A stretch of DNA of 63,231 nucleotides, filler included, from Kipferlia bialata (taxonomy: Eukaryota), in NCBI GenBank assembly GCA_003568945.1. It is 3 parts of 3 records of this genome, joined end to end, with 100 filler letters (N's around TTAATTAATTAA, not from the genome) between each part and the next. Parts side by side here need not be neighbours in the genome. Positions count along the whole stretch, not along the records: positions 20,496 to 46,668 come from BDIP01000196.1; positions 46,769 to 63,231 come from BDIP01000203.1; 1 more part is not named here. One strand, 5' to 3'. Below are positions 36,584 to 48,678 of the stretch, piece by piece (position 1 is the first letter of the stretch; each line of letters starts with the position of its first letter). The notes beneath the pieces were generated by a model, which was not told the origin of the DNA, did no database searches, and saw only the letters and a program-made list of their open reading frames with translations. The position numbers and the translations under genes were made by a program.

Positions 36584-38882
36584 CATACTACACATTGTAT
36601 ACGTACCTCTTCCCCTTGATACTGTCTGTCATGGGTGTCTCAGTCGCTCATACTCTCTCTCTCTCTCTCTATATATATATACATATCTATGTCTATACCT
36701 CTTCCCCTTGATGCTGTCTGTCATGGGTGTCTCTGTCACCTCAGGCTCAGACCCTTCCTCACTGCTAGAGGCAGAGGGAGAGGGAGAGGGAGAGGGGGAG
36801 ACGGACCTAAGGTAAGAGGAAGTATTATGCATATACATACTTAGTGGAGAGAGAGATAGACCCCTCCTCACGAATACAGATATACACTATGTACCCATAG
36901 ATATAAGAGAGAGTATACTCACCTATCCAGCTGCATCCCTGATGACTCAGACTCACTGTTGCTCGATGACTCAGACTCAGATCTGGCCGTGACACTCTTC
37001 CTGGAGACCCTGTGAGGTAAGATATGGATGCAACATTGACAATACACGTATCTTTGAATACCCCAAGGCCATGATATCCTTCCTAGACACGCTAGTGGTA
37101 AGAGGTACCCATAATTATCCACTAGTATTGACATCAGATTATGTCTCTGTATATATGTACCTAGCCCTTGTTGTTCTCTTGGCAGAGGGGGAGTATATAT
37201 CCATATGTACATAGTATACTAATACTACATACATATATATATACATACATATATATGTGTGTATATATGCATTACTGTACCTAGCCCTGGCTGTCCTCTT
37301 GGCAGGGGGTGCAGAGGAGGGGGTGCCCTGGGGGTGAGTAATTTGTATATATATGTATATATAAATAGAGAGAGAGAGAGAGAGAAAGATGGAGAGAGAA
37401 ATTTTGAATGGAGGGGTGCAGAGGAGGGGGGCCCTGGGGGGTGAGAGAGTGTGAGAGAGAAATAGGAAGAGGGAGAGAGAGGGAGAGTGCAGAGGAGAGA
37501 GAAAGGGGGACACAACGTATGTGTATATGTACTGTATATGTACCCACCTTGCGTGATGCCGCCTTCCCAGTTGACCTTGGGGTGGAGGCAGGGGACGAAT
37601 AGGGGTCCTAAGGGTGAGATATTGTGACAATATATATATATATGTATAGAGAGAGAGAAAGAAAGAGAATAGGGTGTGAAGGGGTGGAGGCAGGGGAGGC
37701 ATAGGGGTCCTGGGGATTAGAACAGGTCAAATACTATTGATACAAACATTTGATGTATATACATGTACATATGGAGGCAGGGGATGTATAGGGGTCCTCA
37801 GGGTGAGGGAGACATACAAAAATATATGTGGTGTACATTCAGATATGACGGGTATATATATATATGAATGAACATCATTGAGAAAGCTGCGGCAAAAGAT
37901 AGAGAAAATGATCTCCATACCTCCTTGACCGCCCTTGTGTAGCTCCTCCTCCTCTCCTTAGGCTGGCCCTCACCCTGGAACCTCACGCTGGGGGTTAGTA
38001 TATATACCATGTTATAATATATAGTGTAGTGGTATCTATGCATATGGATTTCTATACCGATATAATCAATAGTAACTCATGACGTATACCAATTGTTGCA
38101 GATGACACTGGAACAAGGTGCATAGATACACTGTATATAGTGTGACACTTAAGAGCGCTGGTAACAATCTCAGCAACATGTCACATACCGTGGGAGTCGT
38201 GTTGTGAGTGACGCCAGCTCTAACGGGTACTTGGTCTCGGTGCACTGATTGTAAGAGGTGTAGAGAAAAAGAAGGAAAGAAAACGATATGAATGCATGGT
38301 TATACCTGAAAGATCGATGGAGATGAATAGAGAGAGAGAACTAGGAACAGATAAGCTACTGTATATAAATGTGTGTATATATACATCCATACCTGGAACA
38401 GTGCTGACAGGAGGCCATCCCTCATACGGGCATCGAGGTAGGGGTGGCACCTGGGGGTGGGAGGTATATGTGCATCGGTAACATATATATCAGTGGTATA
38501 TCCTATACTATACTAAAACATACACTGAATATACTAGAACTCGAATCCATCAATTATTACACTATACACATACATACCTCAGCAGCATCGAGTGCACCTG
38601 GTGGTACGACTCCACCTGTCTCTACATACTATACACACTATATATACTATACACACTATGTATATACCATATACTATATATACTACACATACTCACCTCA
38701 GCAGCATTGAGTGCACCTGGTGGTACGACTCCACCTGGGGGGAATCCATGCCTGAGACTGCTTTGACTGGCTGCAGTCTGGGGATCAGAACTATCTACTA
38801 TGAATATATAACTATATATATATACTACTATGTATACTGGGCATCCATCCCAGACACGGCCTTGACGGGCTGAAGCCTGAGG

Positions 38883-38913
<31 letters not shown>

Positions 38914-40180
38914 TCTCAATCCCAGAGACTGCCTTGACGGGCTGTAGTCTAGGGTAAGGATAAAACCAAAGGCAATTGCAAGGAACAGGGAGAGTCCGAA
39001 CGAGTTGCCTCCCGAGTGGTACGATCGACTAATACTACACTGGTCCCTCAACCCTACACCCACAGCTGGTCACACACTATCGGATCTATACACTGATGCA
39101 TACTATATACCTACTGCTAATGGCCGGGTTGTCACTCATGATGAGGTCTGTCAATGTTGAACAATAAGGTCTATACTATATATATACTGTATGCAACATA
39201 AGTATATATATGTATATACAAGTACTATACTATGCATCTACCTACTGCTAATTGCTGGGTTGTCACTCATGATGAGGTCTGTCAATGTTGACCTCTTATA
39301 GTGTATATATACATATATATACACTATATGTTATATAAATTGTTATGCTATGTGCATCTACCTGCTAGATATAGCCGGGTTGTCACTCATGATGAGGTCT
39401 GTGAGGGTTGACCTCTTATACTGTATATACATATACTATATGTAATACAAATAGCTATGCTATATGCATCTACCTACTGCTAATGGCCGGGTTGTCACTC
39501 ATGATGAGGTCTGTCAGTGTTGACCTATAGTATTCTAAATACAAGCCTGTGTACAGAACTACTAGCCATATACATATACATATATATATCCTAGATACCT
39601 GCTAGATATGGCCGGGTTGTCACTCATGATGAGGTCTGTCAGTGTTGACCTATAATATTCTAAATACAAGCCTATGTACACAACTACTAGCCATGTACAT
39701 ATACATATATATATCCTAGATACCTACTAGATATGGCCGGGTTGTCACTCATGATGAGGTCTGTCAGTGTTGACCTCTGCCCTGCCGTCCAGGCATTGCC
39801 AAAGGGTCTGATCAGGGACAGAATGGCTGCAGCGGCATCCTGAATATAAGACACATTAGTAATAAAACAATATAATACTAAATGAGGGGATAGAGATGAG
39901 AAGGGGAGGGGATTGCCAAAGGGTCTAATGAGGGACAGGATGGCTGCTGCAGCGTCCTGATAATAAGGGTGTAGAGGGAGAGAGAGAGAGAGAGAGAGAG
40001 AATTGCCAAAGGCTCTGATCAGTGACAGGATAGCTGCAGCGGCATCCTGACAATTGGGTACGTATAATCTAGTGTGCAAACTAACGAGGGGAGAGAGATG
40101 AGAAGGGTAGGGGGATTGCCAATGGCTGCAGCGACATCCTGAGAATAAGGAGGTATACAAAGAGAGAACAAGAGTATAGG

Positions 40181-40211
<31 letters not shown>

Positions 40212-40347
40212 TCGCATTGCCAAAGGGCAGGATAGAGGCTCAGCATCCTGGGAATGCGGTGACGTGGGAGAGAGAAAAAAGTAAGCAAAGGGAGAGTAGT
40301 GGCAAAGACTTCAGAAAGAGATCTGATAGCAGCAGTGACAGTCCTAC
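32781..40347 (-). CDS. Large multi-exon hypothetical protein (many small exons), 5' truncated at a gap
   Basis: Exons include DAAAAILSLIRPFGNAW...NPAISSR, SFVSIFELDALDRPTLIEHMKSCYVLWQ, FQPEYKSQKVPDLVVQTRGK, EIHPVDMEGTADYWK and a terminal GDFTNWGFLADP...MRIDDE* (stop 32781). No family recognised. Confidence 0.65.
39110..39775 (-). repeat. Array of six exon-end plus GT donor copies (51-nt coding core, ~120-nt period)
   Basis: gggttgtcactcatgatgaggtctgt occurs six times, separated by divergent TA-rich spacers. Confidence 0.95.
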
Positions 40348-40592
40348 TAGCAGAGAGAGAGAGAGTCATACAGTGAGATAGACAGGTCATAGGGGGTGGG
40401 GGGGGGGGGGGGGGGGGGGGGGGTGAAAACAAAAAAAAAGAGANNNNNNNNNNNNNNNNNNNNNNNNNNNNNNNNNNNNNNNNNNNNNNNNNNNNNNNNN
40501 NNNNNNNNNNNNNNNNNNNNNNNNNNNNNNNNNNAGAGAGGGGGGGTGGGGGGGGGGGGGGGGGGGGGGGGGGGGAAGGATACTATACTAAC

Positions 40593-40973
40593 CTGACTTT
40601 GGCTGCAGCCACTGGTACTCATAGCCCCCTGTTGCATGGGTAGGGCAGATGTAGGTGTCAGGTTCCAGTCCAAAGCTGAGTGTCAGAGATATATCACGCG
40701 ACTAGTCAGGGAGGCAGTGCCTCCCGGAGGCACTCGAGAGAGAGACCCACATACATCTGTGCACACACAGAACCTGGAAATACAAATCCTGGTAACATAA
40801 TATCATGCTGTCAGAAAACCATGATGTCGCGTTGTAGTGTCGAAATGGATTTAGAGTGTACTAATGTAGGGCCAAACCAGCTACCTTACATCAGCGTTGG
40901 GGCACGAGAAGGTCGATGCACTAGCAGCGAACAAGCCTAATAGCACCAGGTATATGCATACCCAGTGACGCAT
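40593..40973 (-). CDS. 5' fragment of a secreted Cys-containing protein
   Basis: MRHWVCIYLVLLGLFAASASTFSCPNADV (signal-peptide-like), a probable microexon FCVCTD, and exon FGLEPDTYICPTHATGGYEYQW; ends at poly-G/gap. Confidence 0.5.
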
Positions 40974-41287
40974 CTGAGACAGAGAGGCTACTGTGCACAA
41001 GAGACTCGAGTCAGTTGAGCATATGCGTAATTTTTGGGTTGCCCCCCTTTTAGTTTTCTTTACTACTCAGAACAAGACAGTCGCTCGTTCCACCGTCTAT
41101 GGTACTTAACCAGGGAGGGCGGCTAGTCACAGCCGTTTATATCATTCATATATCAAGTTGCTTTGCGTAGGAATCCGTATTTGGACCCTTCTTTCCAGCA
41201 GAGACTGTCGCGCAGTGAGAAGCAAAGGTTTGACCCGTGAAGTCATATCCTCGGAGGCAGCGCAACTAGGCAGGATATGTGGAGTGC

Positions 41288-41332
41288 GTGGTTTCTAGCC
41301 ACTGAGCAATGAAAGGTCTAGCTCCACGCTAC
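41288..41332 (-). repeat. Dispersed ~40-45 bp repeat, copy 2
   Basis: + strand gtggtttctagccactgagcaatgaaaggtctagctcc. Confidence 0.75.
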
Positions 41333-42028
41333 AATATGTGAGAGTCCGATTTCGGCTAGTAGAGATAGCCTAGCACTGTCACTGTCAAGGAGCTTTCCGA
41401 TTGAGGAGATGAGGTCTCTTCATCATGAAGTGGAGTAACACATACATCGTCCATGATAAGGAAGCCGAGCCAATAGGCCATTTTGCCTACAAGCAACACC
41501 CCATTCACACCTCAATATATGAATACATCTCAAGTATTATTCTTGGCTTGATAGCCGCCCATGACATCGATTCTCAGTCTCGTGTACGGTCGCCGGTGAG
41601 TGACTGGCGACCTGCTGTCCCATCATGTAAGAACATGATTCATGCTCTATGCAAGAGACTCTACGACGCCAACAGCTCTTCGATAAGATTGTAATATACA
41701 ACAAAAATGCATATATATACCATTTGAACACATGGACTGCCAGTTCCCTGAGCTATCGGTGGTATATCGAGTATAAGTCAGTCTACTATTACAGGCAACG
41801 TCTACTAACACCTTGTGACTGAACGAAAAACAGAAATGCAAAATGAAGAGGTCTCTTATAGAGACCCTGTCCTACTGACGTAACGTGAACAGTATTTCGG
41901 CTCTATTCCTATCAGAGATATACTGCAATGAGTATGATCAGATAGACTACTCTATTAGTTCCCATTGGTCAGCCAATACCATGCAAATTCAAGTGCTCCA
42001 CAGAATGTAACACTATGTCAGTGGGGTC

Positions 42029-42925
42029 TCACTCCTTCTGCCCCAAGATGGCGTTAGGTGGAATGATGCCCCATCTCATGTCTGGGTGTGGGTACACCAG
42101 GCCAGGGTCTAGATAGTGCAGCTGATAGTGCTCACCTGGCCTGCCCGACCAGACTGCTAAGGAGGGGAAGAAGACACCGTCCTCACACTCGAAAGTTGTA
42201 CTGTCATACTGTGTGATCTCGCCAGATATGGTGTCTAATCCGTACCAGTCCCATTTGCCAGAGAAAGTAGTCGATAGAGTGACTATCAGGAGGAAGTGGC
42301 CAACGGCCATAGTCTGGCATCTGTATACATGCCTTGGTAGTCTAGCCTCCTCAACCCACCCAGTTCTCTCGGAAAACGAGACTATCCTACTGTCTCGAGT
42401 GAAAACATATGCACGGGAACCCAGACAACATGAAGGCGTACTAATATCGCTATCCACTGGGATCCTAAGTAACTTCCACTCCTCGTACCGTCTGTCCGGA
42501 TCAAAGGTCCACATCTGCACACTATTCCCTGATGCACCTCTGAACCAAACTCGCATGAAACAGCGGTCCTCAAGTGCAAACACGTCCCGACGTATCAACT
42601 GATCCAAATCAAAGGGATGTAGCGTGTGTACTCGAGAGACTTCCATAGAGTCCAGCTCTAGCTTCAGAAGGACACGGTTACAATCGCACGCGTACAACAC
42701 GCCCCCTACTGTAAATGTAGAACGTGGTGCCTTGCAGAATAGGGCTGTGTGGTGCTCTATGACGTCAGATGCCCTCAGAGTCAGGGTGTGCATGTCTCCC
42801 GATACCACATCTAGGTAGGCCAGCGAGTTGGCACCAACCGTTGTGCCTTCGACTCGAGTAATTTCACACTCTGGTACAACTTGAGAGGTTGTGACATGTG
42901 CGCAGAACAGAGGGTTGTGTGGCAT
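42029..42925 (-). CDS. Intronless kelch-like beta-propeller protein
   Basis: 298-aa ORF with repeated blades (FTVGGVLYA, MWTFDPDRRYEEW, CCLGSRAYVF, MAVGHFLLIV, YGLDTISGE). True start uncertain. Confidence 0.6.
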   Translation of the reverse strand: MPHNPLFCAHVTTSQVVPECEITRVEGTTVGANSLAYLDVVSGDMHTLTLRASDVIEHHTALFCKAPRSTFTVGGVLYACDCNRVLLKLELDSMEVSRVHTLHPFDLDQLIRRDVFALEDRCFMRVWFRGASGNSVQMWTFDPDRRYEEWKLLRIPVDSDISTPSCCLGSRAYVFTRDSRIVSFSERTGWVEEARLPRHVYRCQTMAVGHFLLIVTLSTTFSGKWDWYGLDTISGEITQYDSTTFECEDGVFFPSLAVWSGRPGEHYQLHYLDPGLVYPHPDMRWGIIPPNAILGQKE

Positions 42926-43499
42926 GTAACGTCCAATATAGCGACTTAACTTGTTTCTGAGAAGGAACAGTGGTGTGTCTTGTATCTACTGCCACACACA
43001 ATACGATATCACTCACGTGACGCCATCTTTCACCGAGTACGGTGACCCTCAGTCGTTTCAAAGCTTGGATCCACTGCTGTAAAGTACAATTGGGATAGGT
43101 TGGCATGGCTCTAGAGTGCTACACTGTAGATTCATCTGAATGTGACATAGGACTGAGTATACTGTTTTTATATTTGTTATGTCTCGCTGACTGTCAAACA
43201 ACTCTGGCAACTGATAGTGTACAACAACAGACAGGCCAGCAAGAGAATTCCCAACTCCTCGACTAACGCGGAACGACATACAGCAACACTGTCGCCCCAC
43301 CAACACAAAAGACACCACAACATAGCAACCGCCCTCTTCCCGACCCAAGTCCATAAGGGGAGGGGCTAATAAGTAGATACCGCCCTCTGACGGTAACGGG
43401 TCCGCCAACTATCGTTGAAGGACACCCCAAAAGCACACAAAGCTTGGTAATAATGATACAAAATCGTCACAACGCAGTGCAGAAACGAGGGGTAGATAC

Positions 43500-46400
43500 A
43501 CCCCATCGCTATGCGCCACGGGACTCTGTGTGAATATAGTCTACAGCCACCTGTCCTGCTGTGACAGGACAGAGCAGCACCGGGGAGGGGGGGTGCCGCC
43601 TGGGGTGAGGGGATTGAGTATGAGAGAGAGTACATATATACTAGTATGTGTGTGAATACCTAGGCCTGTCCCCCCCACGAGGTCCTCTGTGAACTGGGAC
43701 TCATCGAACACAGTGTCGCCATGACCAGAGTACACCTGGAAGGTCTGGGGTCAGAGGGGGTACTAATATACACATATTCATATGCAGTGTAAGACCCAGG
43801 TGTATTCACACACATAAACATAAGCATACATTGTACAGTAGCGTGTGTACCTCCTCGGGTGCCTTGGCCCCTGTGTCCCCCAGGAAGTCAGAGGGGTGGG
43901 GGTGGTCGGCTGAGGGTCAGAACAGAGAGTAGAGAACTTGTTTGGACATATCAAGTGTGGCACATAACTCTAAAAATGTAAATATGTATAGTGACTATCG
44001 TGTACCTGTCTCGAGGTCCTGTAGGGCAGCTAGGCCATCCTCCACTGGATGTAAGAAAGGTGATAGTGAGGGGGGACAGTGATATAAGACACAGAGTGAG
44101 AGTCACTCAGAGAGAGACATGGCTTCACTCACCCACGTCACCGTCAGGGAAGATGTCGGCGGCTCTCTGGCCAAGGGCAAGTCTAGGAGTAAGCAATAGG
44201 GTAGGGGGGGGGGGAGGGGGATAGAAACAGAGCATCCCAGTAGAGTGGTGACATAGTACATAATGACGCGTCTGTCGTTGCCCACCTTGAGTCTGGTCTG
44301 TCGACGAGTATACTGGACACTGCCCTGACATCGAGGCCGTCCAGCCCCACCCCTCTCCCCCTCCCTGCCCCCTTTCTCTCTCTCTGCCCCATGGTCAGCA
44401 TAGATACCCCGGCTATGGACAGACCGCAGATGGAGGCACGGCGGGCCCTGTCTCGGTTGGGGCCAGTGCCGATGGTGTTCTGGGGTCAGGCATAGGTAGA
44501 TGGATATACAAATACAGGTGTACATATAGAGGTGAGACACATACAAGTGAATGCTGTGCTACACACATAAAACAGGTGTAGTTCTAATAGTCACTCAGAT
44601 ATACCACGCACCCTTCTGTTTAGTGCCGGTGTGGGGTGTGCCGTGACTGTCCTGGACACGGCAGGGCACTTGCCAACCTGCGTCACACTGCCTAGGGGGT
44701 CAGACGGAGAGGGAGAGAGAGAGGTGTGTGAGAGAGAGAGAGTAGTAGGATTCACACTCCCAGAAGAATGAGGAGACGGAGAGGACTGTTCAGTTACGAG
44801 TATGCTTGTATGTACATTTGTCTATGTGTCTTCCCTACCTGGGACAATGCCGTACATGGCCTTGGACTGGTTGGACATGGATGAGGATGGTCTGCGGGAG
44901 GGATCAGCATCAACGGCAGAGTGGTCTATCAGACGGCGGCTGGGGTGAGGGGGATGGCAGCATGAGAGAGAGAGAGAGGCAGGCCACGTACCGGCGAGTG
45001 TTGAGTGAGCGTGTGAGCCTGACACCCGTGTCGTGTCTATCTCCATGTCTGTGTCCATGTCTGGACCCTACCCTGCTGGAGGGCCGGTCGTGGCTGCTCT
45101 CCTGGGGGTAAGGGATAGTCGTATGTATATAAATCAATATATACTGACACTGATACTATATGAAGTTGATCGTGGCTGCTGTCCTAGGTATTAAGTACAC
45201 ATACGTGTATATATATACACTATATATATAGTGTACCTTAGTGATGTTGGCGCAGCACCGCAGCTCCCTCTCCACCTCCAGGTCCAGCTCTCGGTCCTTG
45301 TCCTGCTTGTCTCTCTCTCTCTCTCTCTCCCTGTCTCTCTCCCTCTCCTCCTCATCTACCACAATGCTGTCTCCAAACCCTGACCCGATACTGCCAACCA
45401 GGCTGTCGCCGTCTCTCTCTCTCTCTCTCTCTGTCTCCATGACACTATCATCTGCATCGCCTAGGACTGACCCTAGCAGCACAGACTGGAACCCACTCGA
45501 GTTCAGGGGGGCAACACCGCTAAAGGAGAACTGACTGGGGGTAGAGAGGGGAGAAGAGTATAATACGCAGTGTAGGGAATAAGGATGCCTACCTGCAGTT
45601 GATGCTCTCTGTGATGCTCCCGTCCATGTCGCTCTCCCTGCCTCTCTCTCTCTCTCTCTGCTTGCCTCTTTCAAGGGAGGTCAGACGCTGGAGTGAGGGT
45701 GTGTGGGAAGTATATGAGAACACATACTATACACACACATACATCTACTAGCATACCTGGCATATAGTGGACGCCGGCCTGACCACGTGTGTCCTCTCCC
45801 TGTTGAATGACCCACTGTCAGCCATGCCGACTGCAGTGGAGGGAGAGTAGAAGGGTGAGGGAGGGGGCAGGGGGGACCCAGTACCGGGGGGGAGGGGGGA
45901 CGCAGGGGCGGCATCTGGGGGTGAGGTTGTGACACGTACTCATACCATATACATACATATATATATATACATATGTCACCATGCCCCTCACCCTCCAGCC
46001 CGTCCAGGCTCTGATGGCTGTGTGTGTTGGACCTGACTAGGAAGGGACTGGCCACAACAGTGCCCTCGCCCAGGCTCAGCTAGGATGAGAAACATGCACT
46101 ATACACTACTCTGAAGAGTATAGCCACTTACTTGTAGTACACTAAAAGAGTGTAACACACAGTACCTGGCTTGTCCTCCCCCCCTCAATACCAGAGGCAT
46201 AGAGACCAGACTGGGCCTGGGGGTCTGCCTCATTGTCCCCCTCCCCTGCCCTCTCTCTCTTCCTGCCCAGTGCCATGGCCATCGAGATGTCACCCACACT
46301 CTGGGGGTCAGAGAGGGAGGGGAATACATACACACCCACCCATATATATACTCATTGACAGACACACAGAGAGAGAGAGTGTGTGAGAGTGTGAGGGTGT

Positions 46401-46500
46401 GGTACCTGTGAGCGTGGCAGTGACTGAGACATAGACCTCTGTGTGTCTGTCCCTCTGTGGTATGAGGAGGTGGAGCCCATGGCAGAGGCAGCGGCCTTGC
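43500..46500 (-). CDS. Multi-exon low-complexity hypothetical protein, 5' truncated
   Basis: A series of exons with CTGACCCC(C)AG acceptors and RE repeats, e.g. 45531-45237 and 45101-44839. 3' end uncertain. Confidence 0.5.
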
Positions 46501-46616
46501 CTGACAGTTAGTCTCTTTCTCTCTCTCTCTCTCTATCTATGTATACATATATACACACACACACACATATATATATATACCCCACCTGATATGGCTGTGT
46601 TCCACATCCTACTCTG

Positions 46617-46668
<52 letters not shown>

Positions 46669-46768
46669 NNNNNNNNNNNNNNNNNNNNNNNNNNNNNNNN
46701 NNNNNNNNNNNNTTAATTAATTAANNNNNNNNNNNNNNNNNNNNNNNNNNNNNNNNNNNNNNNNNNNN
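46669..46768. other. Artificial scaffold-joining linker
   Basis: 44 N + TTAATTAATTAA + 44 N. Confidence 0.95.
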
Positions 46769-47439
46769 CTTTAGCAGATATCTCTCACAAGATATGTCTG
46801 CCCCCCCCCCCCCCCACCCCCTTCTCATTCCACAGGTTACCAATACAATCCAGTATATGCCAAATACACAAGCATTCAGATGACTGTACACAAGCACACG
46901 TATACACACATCTCCCAACAATAGACAGTATAGTAGTACATATTGGGTTCTCACGTACTGGGGGATTCCCATGTTCCTTGGTCTCTGCTGGGTATATACT
47001 TCTTGGGTAGAAAGGCGACACTCAAGTTGAGTGACTCAACTGCTCTTGTGTTACACAAATACTAGCCACAAAGGGGTGTAGCTTTCGAGTGAGGGTGTAG
47101 GACAATTGGTTTTTGGCAGTGGTCTCTATGCTCCACCTGTCTGAATAATAGAAATATACACAGCCTGAAAGGGGGGGTATATCGTCGGGTGCCCCAGGGA
47201 GGTTCATGCGCTCAGCGCATTGCGCTGTGTCGTGCACTATATCCTATGTTGTGAGGCACAACTTGTGCCTCTCTGTGTGTCTTGCAAAGTTGTCGCTGAC
47301 AACACTGTTGTGTATCCGACCACGGCACCCAGTGGGTACTACCCACACCGACCCGGTATACGTATCTCACGGAACTCCCCTATCCTGGGTATTCCTACTA
47401 GAAATATATATATATCTATTAGATATATACATATAGACT

Positions 47440-47735
47440 AGAAATCTATACTCAGAATAGACTATACTGAATAGACTCTATTCAGTGAATAGAGACTCTC
47501 TGATGAGTCTCTTCTCATTCCCTTCTTACGGATATCCCCTATCACGTGCGCAGATGAGTGTCAGTTCGGTTTAAGCCCGGTACATAGCCCACTTGTACTG
47601 TGTATATATATTCATAATAGTAAAGCTAGTGTCTACTCAGAATAGACTATACTGAATAGAGCTTAGGGTTTAAGGCTTAAACTTTAAGCCCAGTACAATA
47701 TGTACTACATTATGTAGTCTACATAGCCTACTTGG
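47440..47735. repeat. Cluster of short palindromes and direct repeats in intergenic DNA
   Basis: tactcagaatagactatactgaataga occurs twice (~47449, ~47634); tttaagccc(g/a)gtaca twice; several hairpins. Confidence 0.75.
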
Positions 47736-48678
47736 TGTGTTGGGCTGTGTCTCATCAACACTTAGGAAGTTCATAAGTAATCATAATATGACTCAGAAGT
47801 TCTGAGTATTGCTTCACACTAGTATGTATCAATGATATATCGGATTGTGATATGCCACTAGGTAGCACTACTATATACAATACGTTCTATACATTGCAAG
47901 TAAGGGGGAGTGAGAGGGGAATAGTTCCCCCTATTTCCCATGCATGTATATGTACAATACACATCACTATTCCCCGCCTTACCAGGCCTGCTTGGTGGTC
48001 TCTCAGAGAATTAGTATTCCCTCAGAGAATTTCTCTGTGCCGACCGAACATGTGTTCATTTCAGTTCATCCAATGCTATTTGCAAGTGCAGTCCTCAATA
48101 CGTTGAGGTATATCAGATTAATGCCGAATTATATATCATATACCGTCTTAATGATATGCAATATATGTAGCGGCTCGATTCTAGCCTCTTGAAGCCGGAA
48201 TCAGGCTCCGAGCCAGATTTCTCTGTGATTGAGTAACGAGGTCTCTAGACGCATGTTTGCTGACACTTTTGTAAACAAGAATCAAAACCAAATTGTTGTT
48301 GGATTTACTAGTATTAATAGTTGGTTGCTAAATGTTTAGCTGAACACTGAAGTTCAGCGGCGCTGAGCTGGACCAGCTGCTGGTTCATCAACTGAACCAC
48401 ATGCAGTCACGTGTTAATACTGTTGGTTTCTTTCACTGTATATAGTGCTTACTTCTCTCAAAGGATGGTAGGCTACCATTGGAAGCGCACAGCTTCACAC
48501 CTCAACATTTGGTAACCCACTCAGAACTATAGTATGTTTATGGAAGGAATATATCCAGAGCTTTGGAATGTGTCACAGGGCTTGGACACCCTTCAGGTAG
48601 TGGTAATCAGGAAACAAAATATGTACTAGATATGGCCATCCACGTGGGAATGGCCTCTAGTATTGGCATCACTGTATC

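Noticed and set aside
39110..39775. CRISPR-like repeat-spacer appearance
   Set aside because: The repeats are translated exon sequence with splice donors, the spacers are related low-complexity intron DNA, there are no cas genes, and the context is eukaryotic.
41029..41115. Sm-site-like AATTTTTGG and a U1-like tacttaacc
   Set aside because: No supporting snRNA structure or conserved motifs in the right order.
47499..47511. CTGATGAG hammerhead-like core
   Set aside because: No GAAA after a stem II; it is simply the loop and arm of a hairpin.
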